Assembly: GCA_043228905.1 (NCBI GenBank)
Contig: JBHGNT010000010.1
Span: forward strand, 11,904,001 to 11,968,000
Source of the DNA: Azolla caroliniana
Lineage: Eukaryota; Plantae; Polypodiophyta
Reading direction: 5' to 3'
DNA length: 64,000 nt
A model generated the notes under the pieces. It did not search any database. It was not told the DNA's origin and saw only the letters and a list, made by a program, of their open reading frames with translations. The position numbers and the translations under genes were made by a program. This document shows positions 1-9,975 of this stretch, piece by piece. The first letter of the stretch is position 1, and each line of letters begins with the position of its first letter.

Positions 1-250
1 GAAACGTTACACCCTTCTGCTATGAACACTTGGAGAATCGGCTACAACTGATTCTTAATCACGAGTCACAGAATAGACAACAGAAGTTGAAATAGATTTG
101 AAATGAGACATGCATAGAGGTTGACCCAAAGAGTATAGGTATTTGATTTCTTAACAGATAATGTAATGATAGTACAAAATCGAGTATAATCGGTATCACT
201 CACTCACTCAATACAACTCTAGACTTAGGCTTAGTCACTTTGACTTAGAA

Positions 251-1210
251 TGTCATGAATACATAAACATCATGGTTTCAACTAGGCTTGAACCCAAGAC
301 CTTGTAATACAGGTTGAGATATAAGCTCAACTAGATTTAGTTAGTCAGTCAACACACGTAACTTAATAGTTACCTAGATAGAATCTAGTTAGTGTGTTGA
401 CCTTAAAGCCTTAAAGAGGATTTTGAACTTGAGTAAGATAAATTGTAGATCCTCCACTCCCATGTTCATTTAATATAGAACTTACACGTTTGTACCTATA
501 TTCTACTCACACATGTGCACCTTTGCACATGAGATGTATATATACCTCATTGTGGGTATTTTTGTATTTGATGTTGCTTTTTATATAGTTAATCATCCCC
601 CATCTTGTCTCGTTGTTCATAAGTGTTAACTTCCTCTCTCTCTTTCTCTGACACACATACACACACATATCAGTTAATTTTTCGCTTAAATTAATCACAT
701 AATTAGGTACTAATTAACCCTTGCTTAATTACCTAATTCTTAACAATATATAATCAAGAGCCCAACCATTAAGATAGCCTATGGTCATAAGAAATGATAA
801 AAGCTACTTTTTGTAATATACTGATTATTGTAAATACTTTGGAACATTCTAGAATATCCTAGAACATCTTAGAATATTCTAGGTGTAGAACATTATAGAA
901 ATCTCTATGTTATTCTATAGGAACCTATAAATATAGACATACAATTATTGTAAATACTCTAGAACATTCTAGAACATTCTAGAATATCCTAGAACATCTT
1001 AGAATATTCTAGGTGTTGAACATTCTAGAACATAATAGAAATCTCTAGGCTATTCTATAGGAACCTATAAATATAGACATACAATTATTCTCAAACCAAT
1101 TCGAATCAACAACAGTCTTTAGCTCTCATTGCATATCTTGTATCCATTCTCTTTCTCTTTCTATCTTAATACACCCATTATTCTCTTATCATTTCATCCC
1201 TTTTCTTCTC
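251..1210 (+). mobile_element. Degraded solo/partial LTR related to the solo LTR at 32523-32980 (Tcn1-like type)
   Basis: Starts TGTCATGAAT. Segments 251-310 and 759-1140 match the reverse complement of the 32523-32980 LTR. Contains TTCTAGAA-rich repeats and a ~130-bp tandem duplication (~825-1090). Right boundary approximate. Confidence 0.5.
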
Positions 1211-1602
1211 GTGTTCCCTTGACTTTGAATTTGAAAACAAGATACACCGCCAATAAGATAACTAGGAATTTTTTAGTACTAGTTTGTTGATTCAATATAT
1301 CTTTTTAGTCCCCCTCCTTTCTCTTCGTTTCTTTCTTTTATAGATGCCCCCATGCATATGATGCATGTCAGCGTGTAAGCCATGCATACAATCCATGCGA
1401 TGCATGATTGCCATTTGGTGCTCATGCATCGCATGTGATACATGATAACCATACCACTCATTCAAGCTCTCATTTATGAGAATTTACATGTCAAAATTAC
1501 AATGATGAAAATAGACCTTAGAATAACAACTTAGCCTAATTGTATGTCAATTGTCTCCTATGTTGGAGGTGTAAGGTTCAAAACCCATGTGCACATTAAC
1601 GT
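1211..1602 (-). repeat. Left remnant of the family D 3' LTR (continues at 31131-31206)
   Basis: Collinear with ~38440-38790. The uninterrupted copy reads CACATTAACGTGCTAA, which here is split at ACGT between 1599-1602 and 31131-31134. Confidence 0.8.
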
Positions 1603-2060
1603 TGTTGCGTTACTATGCGCGTGCGTGGAGAAACGAGGTGGGACCACCGGGGTCTTGAACCGAAGAGCAGGTGATAGAAGGGGAAAGAGAAATAGAGAGA
1701 CGCCCGGTTACGTATGAGCAAAGAAACACAGGGACACGGCACGTCAACGCAGAAGACACGAATGGACACAAAGACAGAGAGACACAAATGTTTGTATATT
1801 AACGAATGACAAATAAACAACAGAGCACGCGAGCAGTTACAACCGAACAGGCCGACGAACTGATGTCAATGCTTGCTCGTCTGCGCACAAAAGGAGATAG
1901 GATGGAGGTGCTGCCAGAAGCACACGGGCGTTCCTCGAAGCAGCGCGAGCCTCCCGAAAACCTGCAGAGAAGAGCGATGGAGAACGAACAGAGGAGAAGC
2001 GTTCGGTTTCGGTCCAACAGCACTTCGTCCTCTCCCCAAATGCCCCCCAAGATGTCGCGT

Positions 2061-2790
2061 TGTCGTAGTGTATTTTGTACACTACGTGAAAAACGTATAT
2101 AGTATTAGATTCAATAAAAAAAATGAAGAAATAGAAGAAAATAGCAAAATAAATGGAACATGCATAGGGCAAGATTCGAACCTTGCACCTCCATGTTAAT
2201 AATGTAATGTCTTACCATTACACTAGCATTTCATTAGTGTTAAAGCATAGATGTCCCACATAGAAAGATAAATTCACGCTAGGATAAACATTAGAAAAAC
2301 GCATAACAAAAGAAAAAGCTACACATACACATCTAGCATGCATGATAAAAAACGCACAAGTTAGAAAAAAGCATGATCACTTTAGATAAAGCATATAGTC
2401 TATCTATAGGAAAAGCATGGGGTCTATAGTTAGAGAAAAAGCATGGATTACTAAGACTTCCTCATCACTACATAAGGATGGGAAGCACAATGTAATTGTG
2501 TGTGAAAAATATTTGGAAACTAGATATGTTTCTAAAAAACACCAATTAATAAACTATACTCGTGGGATTCACGAGAATTCTATATCATTCTCTTTCAACC
2601 GAAGTTTATATTCTTATATTCATATTGATTAATCTAATACAATACACTCGTGGGATTCACGAGTTTGCTATAACTCTTTCTTACAACATATTTATATTCT
2701 TATTAGCCTTAAAACTCTCCTCTTCCTAGTCCAAAACCCCAGCGGTTCCCACCCGACTCACGCAACGATCCGGAGCCGAAAGGCACGACA
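2061..2790 (+). repeat. A1 5' LTR
   Basis: TGTCG...CGACA; direct repeat of 4852-5581 with only a few substitutions seen. Confidence 0.95.
2161..2230 (-). promoter_or_regulatory. tRNA-like A-box/B-box module inside the A1 LTR (also 4952-5021; A2 copies at 57891-57960 and ~60705-60774)
   Basis: Minus strand reads TAGTGTAATGGTAAG...GCAAGGTTCGAATCTTGC, an A-box-like and a B-box-like motif with a T-arm-like hairpin at tRNA spacing. Confidence 0.6.
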
Positions 2791-2794
2791 CAGT

Positions 2795-2812
2795 TGGTGA
2801 ACCCGATGTGAA
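2795..2812 (+). promoter_or_regulatory. Primer-binding site, tRNA-Trp
   Basis: TGGTGAACCCGATGTGAA, complementary with one mismatch to the plant tRNA-Trp 3' end as recalled (TTCACGTCGGGTTCACCA). Confidence 0.85.
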
Positions 2813-4850
2813 GACGGGTGGCAAGGAGATGGAGAATCAACAAGAGGCAATGAGCATAACGATGATGATGATGTTCGAGCGGATGCTACAAGAACAACGA
2901 GTGATGTCGGAGATCACGGGGGCAGTAAAGCGGCTCGTACAACGAAACGGACAATTCAACGGAAACGATGTGTCACGCTATCTACGTGACTACAAGGCGG
3001 AGATGATACGATGTGGGATACCGGAAGGATTGCAAGTGACATCCTTCAATCGGGTGGCCACGGATGAGCTACAAGAGAGAATCCACAAGATACGGCAACA
3101 AAACTCGACATGGGGGTCATTCGAAGAAGCTTTACGAGAGGCATATGATTACAAGAGATCAAAGGGACAAGATCGGCGAAAATTCGACGAATGGGTGGCA
3201 TCGGAGAAGACCCACCAAAGTGCAACACAAGCATTGCTAGAGTTCGAGCATCGTTTTGCTCGACTCTCGGAGCGGGAACAACGATTGGTGGGGGAGGATA
3301 AAGTCCTAATGTTCGTAAAATCGATCGATCGAAAAGAAAGGATGGACATCGGGATTGAACTCGAAGATGATGACGGTGCGAACGGTCTTACTGAGGATTG
3401 GGCCAAAGTCGAAAGGGTATGCCGGAGACATGATGAGAGGAAGATGAGAATCTTGTCAACGACATGGCCGATGAAGGATGGTCGATTGAGGAAAAACGAT
3501 GAAGCCAATATGAAGGCCGAAATACAACATGATGGTACCACGGGAGAAAGAGTGGAACAAGACACCCACTCGTCTTGTGAAAGAACGATGGCGAAGGATA
3601 AGGCCGATAATTCAAGTGTAGAAGGAAATTTCGGGATACAAGTGCCCGAGACATCGGGTCAAAAAGGGGTAAGCATAATAGATGTTTGCATAATTGATGC
3701 AGATAAAGAGTGTGAAGCGGATGTGATTAAGGAGGTAGCCACAAAAGACGAAATCGAATCGGAGGTGGCTATGGACGAATCAATGGCGGATTGCCATATC
3801 GAGACTTCCCCACCACTGATTCCAGAGACTCCGGCGGTTGCGATCGAAAGGCAACGTGAGACCGAAGAGACGGAAGGTGGCGGAGAGAAAACGAATGTCG
3901 AAGCCGACGAATACGATGAAGAGATAGCCGAGAAGAATGCTAAGGGTGAAACTACGAAAGAAGGTAATACCGAGGATTCATGCCAACAATATCTAGAGAC
4001 TTCGGCGGTTGTGTCCGAGAACCAACGTGAGACCGGAGAGACGGGAGATGGCGGCGAGGAAGGTAAAGTCGGAAGTCGGTTCGGATGGAAAATGATCCAT
4101 CCGAAATTCCAATCTAAAAGAAAGTGCGACAATGCGGAGGTCGGGTCTACGACGGGAGAAGCGCGTAATACAGAGCACGCTCTACGGCGAATAAAGAAAC
4201 GCGTGTTATGGCGAATAAAGAAGCACGCGCTACGGCGAGAAAAGAAGCATGCATTACAACCACACGAGGACCGAACAACGAGCACATATCGGAGGACCTA
4301 CGTAGCGAACAACGGAAAGACGTGCCGAAAGTCGAACCGGACAAGGCAGGTGAAAACGAAGAAAAGAAAGCAAATCCGGACGAAAAGAAAAGAAAAGAAA
4401 CCGACCCGAAAGAGCACTGAATCGGTAAAAACCGATCAACCGAGTCCGGATCGACCGAATACAAATCGGAAAGGAAGCCGAACTAAACGAAAGACGATCC
4501 GACGAGACCGAATCGGAAGTAAGCTAATCCGACTAAACCGAAAATCCGAAAAGAAGTCGAGATTGATGAAGAAAAGAAAGAGGGCAAGAAAAGATACTAC
4601 CGCGGATGACAAGGACCAAGCGAGCCATGCAAAAAGCGAACGAAGACTATGGTGGATCGGATGTCGACAATGGTTCGGGTGGAAAGAATGGATGTGCTCC
4701 AAATGGAGAGACAAAGTCAACATAACAAGAGAAGTCGAGGGTACTACGAGCCGGCAACGAAACCAATCGGGTAGAGACCGGACGGAGGAGACTAACAAAC
4801 ACCAACAACTTCGGCACATACCGGAGGATGTGCGGGTTTGGAGGGGGTGA
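2808..4850 (+). CDS. Gag-like protein with acidic middle and Arg/Lys-rich C-terminus (first ATG at 2829)
   Basis: 680-aa open frame. N-terminus NGQFNGNDVSRYLRDYKAEM aligns with family D Gag NGCFEGKDVPWYLEPYKIEM (36804-37406). No PR/RT/INT motifs. Confidence 0.8.
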   Translation: MKTGGKEMENQQEAMSITMMMMFERMLQEQRVMSEITGAVKRLVQRNGQFNGNDVSRYLRDYKAEMIRCGIPEGLQVTSFNRVATDELQERIHKIRQQNSTWGSFEEALREAYDYKRSKGQDRRKFDEWVASEKTHQSATQALLEFEHRFARLSEREQRLVGEDKVLMFVKSIDRKERMDIGIELEDDDGANGLTEDWAKVERVCRRHDERKMRILSTTWPMKDGRLRKNDEANMKAEIQHDGTTGERVEQDTHSSCERTMAKDKADNSSVEGNFGIQVPETSGQKGVSIIDVCIIDADKECEADVIKEVATKDEIESEVAMDESMADCHIETSPPLIPETPAVAIERQRETEETEGGGEKTNVEADEYDEEIAEKNAKGETTKEGNTEDSCQQYLETSAVVSENQRETGETGDGGEEGKVGSRFGWKMIHPKFQSKRKCDNAEVGSTTGEARNTEHALRRIKKRVLWRIKKHALRREKKHALQPHEDRTTSTYRRTYVANNGKTCRKSNRTRQVKTKKRKQIRTKRKEKKPTRKSTESVKTDQPSPDRPNTNRKGSRTKRKTIRRDRIGSKLIRLNRKSEKKSRLMKKRKRARKDTTADDKDQASHAKSERRLWWIGCRQWFGWKEWMCSKWRDKVNITREVEGTTSRQRNQSGRDRTEETNKHQQLRHIPEDVRVWRG

Positions 4851-4851
4851 G

Positions 4852-5581
4852 TGTCGTAGTGTATTTTGTACACTACGTGAAAAACGTATATAGTATTAGA
4901 TTCAATAAAAAAAATGAAGAAATAGAAGAAAATAGCAAAATAAATGGAACATGCATAGGGCAAGATTCGAACCTTGCACCTCCATGTTAATAATGTAATG
5001 TCTTACCATTACACTAGCATTTCATTAGTGTTAAAGCATAGATGTCCCACATAGAAAGATAAATTCACGCTAGGATAAACATTAGAAAAACGCATAACAA
5101 AAGAAAAAGCTACACATACACATCTAGCGTGCATGATAAAAAACGCACAAGTTAGAAAAAAGCATGATCACTTTAGATAAAGCATATAGTCTATCTATAG
5201 GAAAAGCATGGGGTCTATAGTTAGAGAAAAAGCATGGATTACTAAGACTTCCTCATCACTACATAAGGATGGGAAGCACAATGTAATTGTGTGTGAAAAA
5301 TATTTGGAAACTAGATATGTTTCTAAAAAACACCAATTAATAAACTATACTCGTGGGATTCACGAGAATTCTATATCATTCTCTTTCAACCGAAGTTTAT
5401 ATTCTTATATTCATATTGATTAATCTAATACAATACACTCGTGGGATTCACGAGTTTGCTATAACTCTTTCTTACAACATATTTATATTCTTATTAGCCT
5501 TAAAACTCTCCTCTTCCTAGTCCAAAACCCCAGCGGTTCCCACCCTACTCACGCAACGATCCGGAGCCGAAAGGCATGACA
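4852..5581 (+). repeat. A1 3' LTR
   Basis: Direct repeat of 2061-2790. Confidence 0.95.
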
Positions 5582-5825
5582 GCGTCTCCCTCTCTTTTAT
5601 AACTTCAAGAAGGGAGCCGTTTCCCTCATTAACTTCCTACCTACCGAATCTAACTACCCAGGATCTACCGTTGTACCTAATTCTCTATTATATACATTAA
5701 AGGGCGTGCACGTGTGAAGAGCCGGTTCACGCGGGCTATGCACCGATTGCGCTAAGGGACGGTTTTCTTCACGACATCCACCCCCACCTAACCGCGCATC
5801 CACCGGTATGCGCCAAAATTGGGTT

Positions 5826-7493
5826 CTAGTTGGAGAAAACTGGTCCGGGTTCCGGTTCCTCGTCCATCGGTTCATCCTTCGTTTCGGACTGTTCTTCGTC
5901 GCTGTCCAGGCCTCTTAGATCCGGTTCGCCGTCGTGGCGCTTCTTGAATGGTTTGATCCGCTTCCCTGCTACCGGTATCGCTATCCTCGTACCGTCGAGT
6001 TCCGCCAGGTGATACGTCCCGTTGTCGTTGGCGCTCGTTACCTCGTAAGGCCCGAACCACCGCTTTGCAAACTTCCGTGTTGCCCGGTGCTGGTTGTCGA
6101 GGTTGCTATCGTAGACTAGCACCCAATCGCCTTCCTCGATTTTCTTTGGTCGGAGCCGGTGCATTCGGTCGAACCGGGCTTTGTTCCTCACCCTCACCGT
6201 CCGAAGTCTCTCCGCCGCTCGTTCCACGTCCTCTGGCCTCCGCTCGAGCTGCCGTATACGCGCCACTAGCAGTTCTTCCCGGCTCATCTCGCCTCTCCAG
6301 TCCACTGTCGCCTAAGAGGAGATCGTCCGTTCCATCGGCATGATCAGCTTCTGTCCGAACATGAGCTCTAACGGCATGAACCCAGTTACCGAACTGTGCA
6401 TTGTCCAGTCCACCCACAAGGCATAAGGTAACAGTCGTGGCCAGTTCTCGACCTGGCCTCCGCACGCCCGGACTAGCGCTTTGAAGATCGATCCGTGTCC
6501 GCGCTCCACCTTCCTATTCGCCTCCGGATTGTACGTTGTGGTGAGCGAAAGTTTGACTCCCAGCCGGCCGAACAGTTCTTCGGCTTCTTCTGCGTCCAAC
6601 TCACCACGGTCAGCCACGATCTTCCCGACGCACCCGTATCGGCATATCACGTCCTCGATCAGGAATCGACACACGGCCGCGATCGTTTTGTTCTGCAGGC
6701 CTTGGCCTTGCACCTGGTTCGTCGGGTCCTCCCGGGCCAGCACCAGATATCGCATCTGCCCTACGCCCGTCGACATCGTCACCAAATCTACCATCCATTT
6801 GAAGTGGATGGCCGGAGGGTACGTAGGCTGAAGCTCGTCCCGATGTCGGACTATGGAGTGCATCTGACAGCTCTCACAAGTTGTCACGAACCGATGCACG
6901 TCCCCGTACAACCCCAACCACCAGTACTTCCCCTTTAGTTTCTCGAACGTGGCCCACGTTCCACGGTGTCCAGCCCACGGGCTTTCGTGGTACGCCGCCA
7001 ACAAATCCTCCTATTCTTCCTTCGTCGCCACCACTCGGAGTGGGATACCGTTCCTCTTCTTCGGGTGCTTCCATATGTACCCGTCCCGGAGGAAGAATCG
7101 GTACGCTTTCTTCTGGATCCGGTTGGCCTCGTTCTTTGTCCATGACGCGTCCGGCGTCATTGTCTTCAGGAACCCTCCTATTTGTAGCCACTCCCCGTTG
7201 TACTTGCTCTCGTCGATATCGTAAAGCGTCGGAGTGCATTCCCTATCGGTTGTTACGTAGGCTGCCTCGAAGAAGTCCACGCCGACTTCCTCGTCCTCCA
7301 AAACCATGCCTCCCTCGTTTTCGAACCTCGCCCTTGAAAGCATGTCGGCCATGGTATTGTCTTTCCCGGAAATGTGTCGTATTTCTAGATCCAGGGACTT
7401 GATGTACGCTATCCACCTGAGCATTGCCAGGTCTGGGGTTGTGCATCCGGAAACCGTGCCGAGAATCGGTAGGCAGTCTGTCTCGATAATCAC
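5826..7493 (-). pseudogene. B1 pol: RNase H end and integrase, with in-frame stops
   Basis: IIETDC...ADMLSR, HHCC region (H..PWAGHRG...CESCQ), DRGE, NPEAN, GPY motif, spread over three collinear ORFs. Confidence 0.9.
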
Positions 7494-7495
7494 CT

Positions 7496-7884
7496 TGTTG
7501 GCCGGTCAGAAGAGCAAGGACAAGTGGGAAGGCGGAGTCGGATCGGATAATAGGAAGTAAATAATAGTAGAATTATTATTCGGAGGGACGGATCTGGTAC
7601 AGTTGTACCGATCCGGATCCGGACCGATTCGGATGTCGGTTGCCTAAGCGCACCGATTGTAACCTTGCCGGATGCCTATAAAAGGATCCGATGATTTGTA
7701 AAGGGTTTGACGGAAGTAATACAATAGGAATTATTGTGTGTTTATCTGTATCTCGTATTGTTTACCGTCTGTGCTTAATTGTAATCATCTTACGCGTGTA
7801 ACCTAGCATCCAATCCTTACCACCCCTTTGGAGAAGTGTCGGATAGACACCTGTGTTGAGGCTAGTCCGGCCAGGCAGACAACA
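7496..7884 (+). repeat. C1 5' LTR (389 bp)
   Basis: TGTTG...CAACA termini, TATAAAA near 7677, followed by a TGG-starting PBS. Confidence 0.85.
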
Positions 7885-9966
7885 CTATTTTGGCGACCAC
7901 GATTCCTGCAAAGTGCAGAGGGATGGATGTCTAGACCAAACGACGACCACATCACCGAACGAGGGAGACGATACACCGAACGCGAGCAACGACGGGAAGC
8001 CCTGCAGCAAGCCGTCGACGAGATCCGGCGGGATCGGTCATTCTCCAAAACTATTCGGAGAGTCGCAGAAGAAGCACTGCAGTTCCGGGTTCTGCAAATC
8101 CCCGACGAAGGCAGTAGCATAACAAGCCTGCAAGAGGCGGAAACGATACTACAGACGCTCGCCGGGGGCGACGGGGACTCGGAAGCATTCGCAACACTTG
8201 AGGCGGAGTCGGAAAGCGACGGAAGCGTTGCGTCCCGGTATAAAAGCAGCCACGACACACCAAACGACCTGGAGGAAGAGGGGTCGGAAGACTCAGTAAC
8301 ACCGGAGCCAGAGGAAGAAATAACCCTGGAAGGCGGTGACCGGCAATCGCCGAGGGAGGCTGACTGGATACCGACAACAACCGCGAAGGAACCGAAGGAG
8401 CGGATACCGACAACACCCGCGGAGGAACCAAAGGACCGGACACCGGCAACACCCGCGGAGGAACCAAAGGTTCTCACACCAACGCCAACAGCAGACAGAG
8501 AGCGGAGGAAGCAGGAGAGTCAGTTGGACGACACGATGCCGTACCCATACCCAAAGTACCGGGATGAGGCCGACGCGGAGGCACACGTGTACGCATTCCT
8601 CCAAACATGGGAAGCCAACCATGTCTCCCAAAGACTGACGGAGCCCAAAGCCGAACGATCCAAAGTGGCCGAATTCAGCATAACCTTAGAAGGACCGGCG
8701 GCCCGATGGCACGCAAAGCACTTACCGGGCAGCTTTGCCACATTCGATGCTTTGAAGGCCAGATTCCTCAGGCTTTTTCACAGACAATTTGAGCAAAGGG
8801 AATTGGTCGGGCAGTTCTACACCACTTGGCAGGAAGAGAACGAGACTGTGCCACAATTCATCATTCGGTTTCAGACCCTGCACAGCCAACTGACAAGAGC
8901 ACCACCCGAAGACGAAGCCAAAGCAGTCTTTTTGGCCGCGCTGAAAGAGCCACTTCGAACAATGTGCGGAGTCCTTGATTTCCAAACCAGCACAATGGAC
9001 CAAGTTATTGATCGGGTTTTAGAAATGGACAAGACTAGCCCCTTCTTGTCGATGGGGATGTTACACAAAGGCACTCCCGAAGGAGGAAGACCTGAGGTTC
9101 CGACAGGCCTTACAATGTACAACATGCCTAAATTCGGGGCACTCAACAGTAGACTGCACCCTGCGGACACAATGTATGATCTGCAACTCTCGAGCCCATA
9201 CAACGGACCGATGCGAATATAACCTGTTAAACCGGCAGGCAGCACCGGTTCGACACATAGAACCCGCAATCAGAACCCGGACGAGGATCGATTCCGGAGA
9301 GACGACCGCTACCAACGTGAACGCGGTAGCAGATACGCTGATAGAAGACGCGATAACTATGACCGAGAGGAGAGACGCAGAGATAGCTACCCCCAGGACC
9401 GGTACGACCGAGACGAATCCCCGGAATACGAACGACGCAGAGAAGAGAGGCGACAAGGGAACCGAAATTTCCGACGGAATCAGAAGCGTGGATTTTTCCG
9501 AAGAGAGGAACGTCGGGAGGCAGCGAGGAATGACAGCCCGGTATCGGTACCGGATAACCGAAAAACCGAAGACGACCGTCGGAGCATACCCACCCTCCAA
9601 ACCGGGGACAAAGGAGAAACGAGCAACAGTCACAAGGTGTACTGTTATTACTGCCGTAAGGAAGGCCACTATAGTAACCAATGCCCAAGCAAAACCAATG
9701 ACAAGCAGCCAGAAGTCAACATGGTTACAGTCGAAATAACAGAAGTACAGCAGGTCACAACCCGGTCAAAGGGAAAGACCGCCCAGTGGGAAGCCCAGGA
9801 GGCAATCAGAAAACAAGCGGCACAATGGATCAAGCAGGCCAATGAACAGAATGCGGCAGAAGTAAGAGACCAAAATATGCCAAAAGACGAAGAAATCATA
9901 CAGCCAGGAGAAAACCCGACGTGGCAAGCGCTACAGGACTGTCAAATCGTGCTGCCGTTAGCATGA
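7828..9966 (+). pseudogene. C1 gag (frameshifted), with capsid-like domain and three zinc-knuckle-like motifs
   Basis: TLEGPAARW...QEENETVPQF capsid-like region. CTTCLNSGHSTVDC and CMICNSRAHTTDRC in a shifted frame, then CYYCRKEGHYSNQC. 36-bp tandem repeats at ~8365-8470. Confidence 0.85.
7891..7900 (+). promoter_or_regulatory. Short PBS, probably tRNA-Arg
   Basis: TGGCGACCAC, complementary to a recalled plant tRNA-Arg(UCG) 3' end GTGGTCGCCA; only 10 nt. Confidence 0.6.
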
Positions 9967-9975
9967 CTACTACAG

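Larger units (their letters stand above)
2061..5581 (+). mobile_element. Non-autonomous gag-only LTR retrotransposon A1
   Basis: Two near-identical 730-bp LTRs, tRNA-Trp PBS, one ORF without pol motifs, PPT GGAGGGGGTGAG before 4852, TSD GCGT (2057-2060 and 5582-5585). Confidence 0.92.
1603..5776 (-). repeat. B1 3' LTR, interrupted by A1 at 2061-5581
   Basis: 1709-2060 plus 5582-5776 match 30589-31130. Termini TGT...CGACA. Confidence 0.85.

Noticed and set aside
2161-2230. Functional tRNA gene (also 14351-14416 and 32892-32958)
   Set aside because: Acceptor and anticodon stems are imperfect and no anticodon can be assigned confidently, so these are reported only as tRNA-like modules.
1596-2632. 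Short ORFs in LTRs and the many antisense ORFs over gag/pol
   Set aside because: They recur only because the LTRs repeat or are shadows of GC-rich coding frames; no recognisable motifs.
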